From assembly GCA_026387175.1 (NCBI GenBank), contig JAPLME010000012.1, positions 5,849 through 69,848 of the forward strand: 64,000 bases of DNA. Reading direction: 5' to 3'. Made by a program: the position numbers and the translations under genes. Source of the stretch: Candidatus Omnitrophota bacterium (GTDB lineage Bacteria > Omnitrophota > Gorgyraeia > 2-01-FULL-45-10). The notes below the pieces were generated by a model. The model saw nothing but the letters and a program-made list of their open reading frames with translations. It made no database searches and was not told the DNA's origin. Of the stretch, positions 1 through 8,858 are shown one piece after another (position 1 is the first letter of the stretch; each line of letters opens with the position of its first letter).

Positions 1-452
1 ATGACTACGTCTACGAAGTTGTCTTCTACCGGCAGGTTCTCTATATCGCCTAATCTAAATTCCACATTTACATAATTACCTTTTCGGGCATTTTCTTTGG
101 CGCGCTCAACCATTTCGGGCGTCATATCTATGCCTATTACTTTTCCGCTTTTACCGACTTTGGCCGCTGCCAGGAATGCGTCAAACCCGGCGCCGGCGCC
201 TAAATCAAGTACCGTTTCGCCTTCTTTTAAGGTCGCTATGGCGACTGGGTTACCGCAGCCAAAACCCAGATTCGCCCCTTCCGGAACAGCACTCATTTCA
301 GAATCACTATAACCGACCTTTCTACTGATCTCTTTTGCTTGGTCTGTTCCGCAGCAACAAGAACTCGCAGGGCAACAAGATATGCTTCGTGACAATGCTT
401 TCGCGTAACCATCCTTGACAATCTTCTTGATCTCTTCAGCTTTTCTTTTCAT
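1..452 (-). CDS. arsM: Arsenite S-adenosylmethyltransferase (3' end runs off window)
   Basis: Manual translation from ATG at 452: [18 protein letters not shown]...SCC...[35 protein letters not shown]...GIDMTPEM; ArsM GCGNP motif plus SAM-binding motif. Not in ORF track. Confidence 0.9.
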   Translation of the reverse strand, partial: [150 protein letters not shown]

Positions 453-467
453 GTTTTCTCCTATATC

Positions 468-1772
468 TTAATGTATCATCAGCCCGAAAATATATCCAAC
501 TATGGTTGAAAATCCGATTGTGAGCGCGCAAAAAACGAAAGTCTTGCGCCACCCGATAATTTTGTTTATAACCAAAATACTCGGTAGCGACAATGCCGGG
601 CCCGCCAGAAGCAGCGCAAGCGCCGGGCCCTTACCCATTCCCAGGCGCATTAACATTTGCGTAATCGGTATTTCGGTCAGCGTCGCAAAGTACCATAGCG
701 CGCCTATAGTGGATGCGGCAAGGTTCGATAAGAATCCATTGCCCCCCACAAAAGTCGCAACGCCCTTCTCCGGAAGGATGCCGCCGATGAATCCCGTTAC
801 GAAGACACCTCCGAAGAGGAGCGGAATGATCATCATTCCAAAATCCCATGTCGCTGTCATCCACTCCTTGATCTCTGCGCGAGTAAACCATTTCTTGAGC
901 ATAATAAGTATGGCCAGCAGCATAAGCGCCGCCAGATACCACTTTATGGCATTGACCCTCATAACGAAATTATCCTCGGCTTTCGTTTGTGCGATATCTG
1001 ACCGGTTGATGCGTATGCTATCGACGGCCATCTTTCCATCCGGCGCATAAGGCTTAACCTCGATAAAGTCCTGCGTAGAATACTGAACACTTGATTTCAT
1101 CACAGCGCCATTCTTCAGCGTGATCGTAACTTCGTTTGTATTGTACCAGTCGCTGAAGACGAGGAACATTATCATGCAGAGAAAGTATAGTCCGGTCTTC
1201 CAGAGCGATCTTGCGGGTTTCGGCGCGCTCGGCATAGCAATAGCCGCTTTGTTACGAACGTGTTCCGACTTCCTGAATATAAATGCCATGGAAAGGCCTA
1301 TAATAAAGGCAAAGCCGATTGCGCCTATCGCTCGGGCAAGCCCGATATCAAACCCTAGAACACGCGCTGAAAGAAATATCGCCATGATGTTTATGGCCGG
1401 GCCTGAATATAGGAAGGCGCTCGCGGGCCCGAGCCCCGCACCCATAGTATAGATACCGGCAAACATAGGAAGTACGCTGCACGAACAAACGGCGAGAACA
1501 ACTCCAGAAACAGACGCTACCGTATAAGCCAGCGGACGATTCGCATCGGGCCCCAGATACCGCATTACGGAGGCCTGTGACAGGAACGTCGATATCGCGC
1601 CCGCAATGAACATGGCCGGCACAACACAAGCCAATGTATGGTTAATGATATACCACTGGAGAAGCTTAAATGCTTCAAAGATAGCATTAGATACCCTGGT
1701 ATTACCCAGAGGCAAGAAATACATAATAATGAATATGCCGGCAATCCAGTAAAGCTTTTTTATGTCCTTCAC
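468..1772 (-). CDS. DUF318/ArsP-family permease
   Basis: Multi-TM protein with VCSCSVLP, FLYSGPAIN and LLAGPALSLP motifs; likely GTG start at 1772 overlapping the upstream stop (GTGA). Confidence 0.85.
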   Translation of the reverse strand: MKDIKKLYWIAGIFIIMYFLPLGNTRVSNAIFEAFKLLQWYIINHTLACVVPAMFIAGAISTFLSQASVMRYLGPDANRPLAYTVASVSGVVLAVCSCSVLPMFAGIYTMGAGLGPASAFLYSGPAINIMAIFLSARVLGFDIGLARAIGAIGFAFIIGLSMAFIFRKSEHVRNKAAIAMPSAPKPARSLWKTGLYFLCMIMFLVFSDWYNTNEVTITLKNGAVMKSSVQYSTQDFIEVKPYAPDGKMAVDSIRINRSDIAQTKAEDNFVMRVNAIKWYLAALMLLAILIMLKKWFTRAEIKEWMTATWDFGMMIIPLLFGGVFVTGFIGGILPEKGVATFVGGNGFLSNLAASTIGALWYFATLTEIPITQMLMRLGMGKGPALALLLAGPALSLPSILVINKIIGWRKTFVFCALTIGFSTIVGYIFGLMIH

Positions 1773-2074
1773 CCTGTTCTCCCCTTTATTACTTTGCAGC
1801 ATCCGCCCTCGATTCTGATGGCTTTAATATTGACTAAAGCATCAGCAATCTTTTTATGTGCGGATGCCTCTATTCTTGAAAATGTCGGCCTCGATATCTT
1901 AAGCCTTTTTGCAGCGTCTATCTGATGCATTCCTTCGAGAGATGAGAGGCGTATTGCCTCAAACTCGTCAAGCGTCAAATAAACATTTCTTAATTTACTC
2001 AACGGCTTGCATAACGGCTTAAAACATCTTTCCTGCGGTGCGCATTTGATCCATCTGGTCTTTTTTGGCCTCAA
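1769..2074 (-). CDS. DUF134-family HTH DNA-binding protein
   Basis: RPKKTRWI...FKP...LTLDEFEAIRL...QIDAAKRLKISRPTFSRI...KKIADALV...IRIEGG is typical DUF134. Confidence 0.85.
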   Translation of the reverse strand: MRPKKTRWIKCAPQERCFKPLCKPLSKLRNVYLTLDEFEAIRLSSLEGMHQIDAAKRLKISRPTFSRIEASAHKKIADALVNIKAIRIEGGCCKVIKGRTG

Positions 2075-2088
2075 GTCAATTCCCCTTT

Positions 2089-2136
2089 ATGAACGTATGT
2101 TCATTACTATGATAGCACATCGCGTATTAGTGTCAA
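2089..2136 (-). promoter_or_regulatory. Sigma70 promoter with palindromic operator for the DUF134-permease-arsM operon
   Basis: Minus strand TTGACA (2136-2131), 16 bp, TATCAT (2114-2109); palindrome ATGAAC-GTAT-GTTCAT at 2089-2104. Confidence 0.6.
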
Positions 2137-2143
2137 CAAATTT

Positions 2144-3136
2144 TTATATTCTTATTTTTTCGATCTCTTCAATTGGGGAGGCTTTAACTGTGAGGATTTG
2201 TATATCTTTTGATCCCTGATGCCAGCAGAGGACATTAAGGGCCTTTTCGTCTCGATACTTAGTGTGCTGGGAAACTATCCCGGCTGAACGCTTTATCATC
2301 TCTTCGCTGGATGGCCCCTTGAGGATCGAGAATGGCCCTTCATGGTCTTTCATCCTGAAACATATGTCATCTTTTTTTATAAGGCCGCCCAACTCGTTAT
2401 TTTCTTTATCGTTTCTGCCTATTATGAGTTTTGTAGCTTCACCAAGACGGAAATGCCGGCCTATCTTAAGAAGCCTTAATCCATCCACAGTCAACCCTTC
2501 ATGAGCTATAAGATCCCTGACGCGCTTTGTAAATCCGGGATCGGTGAGAAGACAGCCGCCGGAGGGATTCGGATACTCTTTGATCCCGAATTTTGCCGCC
2601 AGCGCGAATTGCGGTTTTCTGCTGCGCCCGCGGATATCGAAAAGCCTCTCCCTATCGATGATGCCTTCCTGCTCGGGAAGTGTCGGCGGAAGAAGCTTGG
2701 CGCTGAGCGGCCTGAGTAATATACCGCGGACCCCGGCGTTCTTCTCGATAATATTCAGAGCGTCTCTTCTCTGAGACATCGGCCGCTGGCCCAGGACCTC
2801 GCCTGTTACAAGAAACGACGCGCCAACGCTGGGCATATATTCTTTCGCCTTTTTAAGCATAAATATTTTACAGTCGATGCACGGATTTATATTCGCACCA
2901 TAGCCATGCTCGGGTTTCTTGAATATCTCGAGATACTCGTCCGTTACGTCGAATACTTTAAGCGGGATGCCGAGCATCTCGGCCGCCTTCACCGCGGCGA
3001 TGGGTCCTCCTCCGCACATGGCAAATTCAATAAAGTAGCTGACGCATATGACTTCGACGCTGAGCTCCACCATGAGCTTCGCCGCCAGTATACTGTCCAG
3101 CCCTCCCGACAATAGCGCAATAGCTTTCTTATTCAT
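2144..3136 (-). CDS. ThiI/MnmA-like PP-loop tRNA-modifying protein
   Basis: SGGLDS PP-loop, NPCIDC, TGEVLGQRPMSQ, GGCLLTD, GRHFR motifs. Confidence 0.8.
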   Translation of the reverse strand: MNKKAIALLSGGLDSILAAKLMVELSVEVICVSYFIEFAMCGGGPIAAVKAAEMLGIPLKVFDVTDEYLEIFKKPEHGYGANINPCIDCKIFMLKKAKEYMPSVGASFLVTGEVLGQRPMSQRRDALNIIEKNAGVRGILLRPLSAKLLPPTLPEQEGIIDRERLFDIRGRSRKPQFALAAKFGIKEYPNPSGGCLLTDPGFTKRVRDLIAHEGLTVDGLRLLKIGRHFRLGEATKLIIGRNDKENNELGGLIKKDDICFRMKDHEGPFSILKGPSSEEMIKRSAGIVSQHTKYRDEKALNVLCWHQGSKDIQILTVKASPIEEIEKIRI

Positions 3137-4436
3137 TTCCCTTCAGCTTTTCCAGCCACTCCTTGATCTTGGCTTCATAACCCATCGTCGTCGGGATATA
3201 ATATTTCTTATCTGAGGGCTTGTACTCCTGTTTCACGTGATGGTCCTTAAAGTCATGGGCGTATTTGTAGCCCTTGCCGTGGCCGAACGCCTCTCCATCT
3301 AGTGACGCGTCTTTCAGGTGGTCCGGTACTTCGAGCACCTTGCCCTCTTCGACATCTTTGAGCGCCGTCTCTATGCCCATATACGCCGCGTTGGACTTTG
3401 GCGCGCATGCGACGTATACCGCGGCTTGTGCCAGAGGTATCCTCGCTTCGGGCATCCCGACGAACTCGGATATCTGCAGCGCCGCGTTCGCTAATATAAG
3501 CGCCTGCGGATCCGCGTTGCCTACGTCCTCCGCCGCGCATATCACAATGCGGCGGGCGATAAATCTCGGGTCCTCACCTGCATAGATCATCTTCGCGAGC
3601 CAGTAGAGCACGGCATCGGGATCGGAGCCGCGCATCGATTTAATGAACGCGGAGATGGTGTCATAATGCCCGTCTTCATCCTTATCGTAAACGACCGCCT
3701 TTTTCTGTATCGACTCCTCCGCCACTTTAAGCGTGAAATGTATCGTCTTCGATTTCCCCGCCGGAGTGGAGAGCGCGCCAACCTCCAGAGCCCCAAGCGC
3801 GCGCCTGGCGTCCCCTTCGGAAGTCTTGGCCAGATGCTTGAACGCATCGTCATCCATCTCGACGGGTATCTTGCCGAGACCCATCCCCGTGTCCTTGAGC
3901 GCACGTTTTATTATATTGATAACGTCAGTGTCCTGTAATTTTTTGAATTCAAATACCTGTGAGCGTGAAAGAAGCGCGCTGTTAACATAGAAGAATGGAT
4001 TGTGGGTGGTGGTGCCGATAAGGACGGGATTGCCCGCTTCGACATCCGGCATCAGGACATCCTGCTGAGCCTTATTGAAACGATGTATCTCGTCGATCAG
4101 AAGGATGGTCCGCCCCTGGCCGAGCGCCTCTCTCTTCTTCGCGTTGTCTATGATCCGGCGCATGTCGGCAACGTTATTTGAAGCCGCGTTAATGCGTTCG
4201 AAATGCGATTTGGTCTTTTCGCTGATAATAAGCGCAAGCGTCGTCTTGCCACAACCGGGCGGCCCGTATAATATCAACGATGATATCTTGTCCGTTTCGA
4301 TAAGGCGGCGGAGCAATTTACCTTTGCCGAGTATCGATTCTTGCCCGACAAAATCATCGAGCGTCCTCGGCCTCAACCGCGAGGCAAGCGGCTCATGACT
4401 CTTATCTTTAGGTTTAGTATTTTCGAATAGATCCAT
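3129..4436 (-). CDS. rarA: Replication-associated recombination protein A (MgsA/RarA)
   Basis: PLASRLRP, GPPGCGKT, DEIHRFNKAQQD, ISAFIKSMRGSDPDA. Confidence 0.95.
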   Translation of the reverse strand: MDLFENTKPKDKSHEPLASRLRPRTLDDFVGQESILGKGKLLRRLIETDKISSLILYGPPGCGKTTLALIISEKTKSHFERINAASNNVADMRRIIDNAKKREALGQGRTILLIDEIHRFNKAQQDVLMPDVEAGNPVLIGTTTHNPFFYVNSALLSRSQVFEFKKLQDTDVINIIKRALKDTGMGLGKIPVEMDDDAFKHLAKTSEGDARRALGALEVGALSTPAGKSKTIHFTLKVAEESIQKKAVVYDKDEDGHYDTISAFIKSMRGSDPDAVLYWLAKMIYAGEDPRFIARRIVICAAEDVGNADPQALILANAALQISEFVGMPEARIPLAQAAVYVACAPKSNAAYMGIETALKDVEEGKVLEVPDHLKDASLDGEAFGHGKGYKYAHDFKDHHVKQEYKPSDKKYYIPTTMGYEAKIKEWLEKLKGNE

Positions 4437-4482
4437 TGAGTTTGCTTTTACAGAATTTTGTGATATACTTTAATCGAACAAA

Positions 4483-4646
4483 AGAATCCCTGCGATCGGA
4501 CGCGATTTCGATCGAATAATCTTGAACCTTTAGCATTAAATAAGGGAGCCTAACTAAGTGTACGCCTCGGCGTATGCGCGAGGGCACCCACCTGTTATAA
4601 ACAGGATCAAGATAATTCATATCTCAACGCCGATTGCGGGGATTTT
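4483..4646 (+). ncRNA. ssrS: 6S RNA
   Basis: Terminal stem AATCCCTGCGATCGG/CCGATTGCGGGGATT; CTTGAACC...GGGAGC...GGCACCCACCTG...AGGATCAAG match the conserved 6S motifs; promoter TTGCTT...TGaTATACT at 4442-4469. Confidence 0.85.
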
Positions 4647-4648
4647 TA

Positions 4649-6688
4649 TTACCTGAGTTTCGCGCCAAATTTCGCTTCAAGCTCGCCCAGCATCCTGCCG
4701 TGAACGTTCAGTATCTCTTTTTCTTCGAGAGTTTTGGCCGGGTCACAATATTCAAGCCTGTATGTAAGGCTCTGCTTTCCTTCGGGGACTTGTTTGCCTT
4801 CATATCTGTCTATTAGCCTGGCATCTTTCAGAACGACAGCGCCGGCGGCTTTCATCACCGACATAATCTCTGAATTCAATATTTCCCTCGCTACCACTAT
4901 CGATATGTCCCTGTAGACGGATGGATATTTTGATAGCTCCGCGAAGCGTTTTTCCATTCTCACATGTTTTAATATGGCATCCAGATCGACCTCGAGCAGA
5001 TAGACTTTATCTTTTATATCAAATTCATGAAGCACCTTCTGAGAGATCAGGCCCATTACGCCGACCGCCTCTCCGGCAATGTGGATTTGAGCGCATTCCG
5101 ACCGTGAAAAGCCGTTATTTAACACTCTTGAAAACTCCACCGCCTCTATCCCGAGTTCCGAATAGAGCGTCTCTACGATCCCTTTCAGTTCGAAAAAGTC
5201 CGCCTGGACCGGTTTTACCACCCAGCCCGTAAAACTTTGCCCGGTGATCGCGATCGCGAGATTTTTTTTCTCGCCGAATTTTTCGTCTTTTTTAAAATAT
5301 ACGTTGCCGATCTCGAATAATTTTAAATCTTTTGTCTTTCTATTGATGTTCCACATGACAGCGTTAAGCATGCCGGGAATGAGGCTCGGTCTCATGGCTT
5401 CCTGTTCGGTCGTAAGCGGATTGGAAATGCTTACCAGCGAATCGGTCCGGACGCCGGAGGATATTATGGCCTTCTTGTTTAACAGGCTATAGGTCATGAT
5501 CTCGTCGGCACCGAGAGCGGCCAGGCATTCTCTTACTCTGTTCCGCACTACCATATCCTGATCCATCCGCATCGGCTGCTCGACTATCTTGGGCAGCGTC
5601 ACAGGTATTTTGTCATATCCATAGATCCTCGCGATCTCCTCTATAACGTCGACTTCCGTCCTAAGATCGCTCCTGAAATTAGGGGCCTCGAGTTTCAGCT
5701 TTTTTCCGGACGAGGATTTAACGTCCATCCCCAAAGCAAGGGCCGTCTTCTTAATAAGTCCTGCTGATATATCGGTCCCGAGGAGCTTGTTCACTCTGCC
5801 GGGCCTGATATCTATTATATTCTTCTTCGCCTCCCTGGCGCCTATATCTATAAACGCTCCAGCTTCGCCGCCGGCAAGTTTCATAATAAGCTCGAGTGCC
5901 CTATTGGACGAATAGACTATATTTTCAATATCTACCCTGCGCTCGAAACGGTAGCTGGACTCGGTCGCGATGGCAAGCTTTCTTGAAGTCCTTCTTACCG
6001 ATACCTGATCGAAATATGCCGCCTCAAGCAATATATTTTTCGTGGAGCCGGTGACTTCGGTATTCAACGCGCCCATAACACCCGCTATGGCTATCGGCGA
6101 CTTGCTGTCCGCTATCACCAGCATCGACTTATCGAGCGTCTTCTCCGCTCCGTCTATTAAAATTATCTTTTCGCCCTGAAGGGCTTTCCTGATTATAACC
6201 TCGGAACCTGTAATTTTATCGAGATCGAACGCATGCATCGGCTCGCCGGTCTCGAAGAGGCAAAAGTTCGTAATATCGACTATATTATTAACGCTCCTGA
6301 GGCCCATCGCCTCGATGCGGACTTTAAGCCATTGAGGAGACTCGCCGACCTTTACATTTTTTATAATTCTGGCCGTATATCGCGGGCATAGGCCCCTCTC
6401 TTCAACCCTTATCTTTGCGCCCCGGCCGCCGGATGCTTTGACCTTCACCTTTGGGATAGACGGGATATTAAGCTTTCCGCCGGTTAGAGCCGCTACTTCG
6501 CGCGCCACGCCTATCACGGAAAGCCAGTCCGGCCTATTCGCGGTTATCTCCAGCTCAAAGATATGGTCGCTCCCAAGGGCTTTAACGGACTCTACGCTTA
6601 ACCCCGCCATCGTCAGCGCCTGGGCGAGCCTGTCCGGCTGAAGCCTCACATTCACATATTCTTTTAGCCAATTATATGAAATTCTCAT
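4649..6688 (-). CDS. pheT: Phenylalanine-tRNA ligase beta subunit (lacks B2 OB-fold)
   Basis: MRISYNWLKEY, ITANRPD, SSYRFER, EEIARIYGYD, RDISIV. Confidence 0.95.
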   Translation of the reverse strand: MRISYNWLKEYVNVRLQPDRLAQALTMAGLSVESVKALGSDHIFELEITANRPDWLSVIGVAREVAALTGGKLNIPSIPKVKVKASGGRGAKIRVEERGLCPRYTARIIKNVKVGESPQWLKVRIEAMGLRSVNNIVDITNFCLFETGEPMHAFDLDKITGSEVIIRKALQGEKIILIDGAEKTLDKSMLVIADSKSPIAIAGVMGALNTEVTGSTKNILLEAAYFDQVSVRRTSRKLAIATESSYRFERRVDIENIVYSSNRALELIMKLAGGEAGAFIDIGAREAKKNIIDIRPGRVNKLLGTDISAGLIKKTALALGMDVKSSSGKKLKLEAPNFRSDLRTEVDVIEEIARIYGYDKIPVTLPKIVEQPMRMDQDMVVRNRVRECLAALGADEIMTYSLLNKKAIISSGVRTDSLVSISNPLTTEQEAMRPSLIPGMLNAVMWNINRKTKDLKLFEIGNVYFKKDEKFGEKKNLAIAITGQSFTGWVVKPVQADFFELKGIVETLYSELGIEAVEFSRVLNNGFSRSECAQIHIAGEAVGVMGLISQKVLHEFDIKDKVYLLEVDLDAILKHVRMEKRFAELSKYPSVYRDISIVVAREILNSEIMSVMKAAGAVVLKDARLIDRYEGKQVPEGKQSLTYRLEYCDPAKTLEEKEILNVHGRMLGELEAKFGAKLR

Positions 6689-7716
6689 TAAAATTGCCTC
6701 AGGAACCGGACATCGTTTTCGAAGAAGAACCTTATATCGGTCACGCCATATTTCAAAATAGCTATCCGTTCGACTCCCATGCCGAAAGCAAAACCCGTGA
6801 CCTTCTCCGGATCATATCCTACCGCTTCGAATACCTTCGGGTTGACCATCCCGGCCCCCATTATCTCAAGCCAGCCCTTGCCGCCGCACATGGAGCAGCG
6901 CTTTTCGCGCGGTTTGCCGCCGCAAACTATGCATGAGATATCTACTTCGGCGCTCGGCTCCGTGAACGGGAAGAAGCTCGGGCGGAATCGCATACGCGCT
7001 TCGGGGCCGAACATCTGGCGCGCAAATGTTGTCAGGGTGCCCTTCAGGTCCGAGAACTTAATATCGTCCCCTACGACGAGCCCTTCCACCTGGTGGAACA
7101 TAAATGAATGGGACGCGTCAGTAGCATCGGGCCTGAATACGCGTCCGGGGACAATTATAGCGAAAGGGGGCTTATTCTTCTCCATGAAACGCGTCTGGAC
7201 CGGAGAGGTGTGGCTCCTTAAAAGCGTCTTCTTCTCGAAAGAGACGTAGAATGTATCAAAGGCGTCCCGTGAAGGATGCTCAAGCGGAATATTAAGCGTT
7301 TCGAAGTTATAATGTTCAGTCTCGATCTCCGGCCCCTCGACCACCCTGAAACCGAGAGAGATGAAGAGGGCGTTTATCTCGTTTATCGTTTTAGTTATAG
7401 GATGGATGCTGCCGATGCGCCGGGAAGCGCCCGGAAGCGTCACATCTATAGATTCTCCCGCTTCTTCAGCGCCTGAGGTAAGCGCAGCCTTCTCGTCGAG
7501 CGACCTCGTAACATCTTCTTTCAGAACATTTATGAGCCTGCCGACCTCAGGCCTCTCTTCGGCCGAAACAGAGCCCATCTGCTTAAAGAGCTCCGTTATT
7601 ATGCCTTTTCGCCCAAGGTACTTCACCCTTAAGCTTTCAACGGCATCTTTACCGGCCTGGCAGGCGCCGATTTCTTTCAGCGCCTCTTCTGAGATCAGCC
7701 TTATTCGATCTTTCAT
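6688..7716 (-). CDS. pheS: Phenylalanine-tRNA ligase alpha subunit
   Basis: LLRSHTSPVQ, FHQVEG, RPSFFPFTEPS, GFAFGMGVER. Confidence 0.97.
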   Translation of the reverse strand: MKDRIRLISEEALKEIGACQAGKDAVESLRVKYLGRKGIITELFKQMGSVSAEERPEVGRLINVLKEDVTRSLDEKAALTSGAEEAGESIDVTLPGASRRIGSIHPITKTINEINALFISLGFRVVEGPEIETEHYNFETLNIPLEHPSRDAFDTFYVSFEKKTLLRSHTSPVQTRFMEKNKPPFAIIVPGRVFRPDATDASHSFMFHQVEGLVVGDDIKFSDLKGTLTTFARQMFGPEARMRFRPSFFPFTEPSAEVDISCIVCGGKPREKRCSMCGGKGWLEIMGAGMVNPKVFEAVGYDPEKVTGFAFGMGVERIAILKYGVTDIRFFFENDVRFLRQF

Positions 7717-7718
7717 GG

Positions 7719-8066
7719 CTAAATCTTAACGGCTTCTACCAATTTCGCGAATACCTTCTTATCGGTAACGGCAATGTCCGCAAGAACCTTCCTATCGAGA
7801 AGGACCTTTATCTTATTGAGGCCCGCTATGAACCTCGAGTATGATATGCCGTTCTCTTTACAGGCGGCATTGATCCTGGCTATCCAGAGTGACCTGAAGT
7901 CTCTCTTCCGCGCCTTGCGGTCCCTGTAGCTGTACATCATTCCCTTCGCCACAGATTCTCTGGCGCGTTTCTGGAAACGTGACCTTCCGCCCCACTGGCC
8001 CTCGGCTGCTTTCAATACTCTTTTCCTGCGCCGTCTTGCCGCGACAGCATGTTTGACTTTTGGCAT
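7719..8066 (-). CDS. rplT: 50S ribosomal protein L20
   Basis: RKRDFRSLWIARINAA, SYSRFI, LDRKVLADIA. Confidence 0.97.
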   Translation of the reverse strand: MPKVKHAVAARRRRKRVLKAAEGQWGGRSRFQKRARESVAKGMMYSYRDRKARKRDFRSLWIARINAACKENGISYSRFIAGLNKIKVLLDRKVLADIAVTDKKVFAKLVEAVKI

Positions 8067-8091
8067 TACTTATTCCTCCTGGTAATTACTG

Positions 8092-8292
8092 CTATGCTCC
8101 GTAAGGCAGTATCTTGCGTATCGACTTCATCTCGCCTTCCGCGATCGCCGCGGGCCTTCCCATATGCCTTTTTCTCTTCGGCGTTTTCATCATCAAGAGA
8201 TGGCCCCTGCCAGCCCTGAAATGCTTTCCTTTACCTCTTTTTGAAATCCTTATTCTCTTCTTCGCGCTCTTGTTTGTCTTTAGTTTCGGCAT
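8092..8292 (-). CDS. rpmI: 50S ribosomal protein L35
   Basis: MPKLKTNKSAKKR; position between infC and rplT. Confidence 0.95.
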   Translation of the reverse strand: MPKLKTNKSAKKRIRISKRGKGKHFRAGRGHLLMMKTPKRKRHMGRPAAIAEGEMKSIRKILPYGA

Positions 8293-8328
8293 CTCTTCTC
8301 CTTGCGCTATCTATATTAAATTTTAGCC

Positions 8329-8838
8329 TTACTTTGCCCTTATCACCATCCCGATGATGCGGCCCTCGAGCCTTGGGGCTTCTTCGATTTCACCTATCGC
8401 CGATATGTCGCTCGCCAGCCTGTCGAGAATCTTGCGCCCGAGATCTATATGGGACATCTCGCGGCCCTTGAACATCATCGTGACTTTGACCTTATCTCCG
8501 CGTTTCAGAAAGTCCTGCAGATTGTGGAGCTTGAACTGATAATCATGCTCGCCGATCTTCGGGCTCATCCTCACTTCCTTGATATGTATAACGCGCTGTT
8601 TCTTACGGGCTTCCTTCTCCCTCTTCTCCTGCTCGTATTTGTACTTAGAGTAATCTATTATTCTGCATACGGGAGGTACGGCAGTCGGCGCTACCTCGAC
8701 GAGGTCGAGCCCGGCTTCCTCCGCGCACCTTATCGCATCCGGCGTGGCCATAACTCCCAGCTGCTCTCCGGCCTCGCCCACCACCCTAACTTCCCTTACC
8801 CGTATCCTGTTATTTATTCTAAGCTCTTGTCTTGCGAT
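8329..8838 (-). CDS. infC: Translation initiation factor IF-3 (ATC start)
   Basis: Frame extends upstream of the ORF-track start: IARQELRINNRIRVREVRVVGE...LDLVEVAP...KVKVTMMFKGRE; in-frame TGA three codons before ATC at 8838; SD-like AAGGAAGG upstream. Confidence 0.92.
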   Translation of the reverse strand: MARQELRINNRIRVREVRVVGEAGEQLGVMATPDAIRCAEEAGLDLVEVAPTAVPPVCRIIDYSKYKYEQEKREKEARKKQRVIHIKEVRMSPKIGEHDYQFKLHNLQDFLKRGDKVKVTMMFKGREMSHIDLGRKILDRLASDISAIGEIEEAPRLEGRIIGMVIRAK

Positions 8839-8858
8839 ACCCGATCACCCTTCCTTTC

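Noticed and set aside
3229-3244. parS-like TGTTTCACGTGATGGT inside rarA
   Set aside because: The right half-site has 4 mismatches and it lies in coding sequence; probably chance.
4414-4620. 68-aa minus-strand ORF between rarA and pheT
   Set aside because: Overlaps the 6S RNA on the opposite strand; no recognisable protein.
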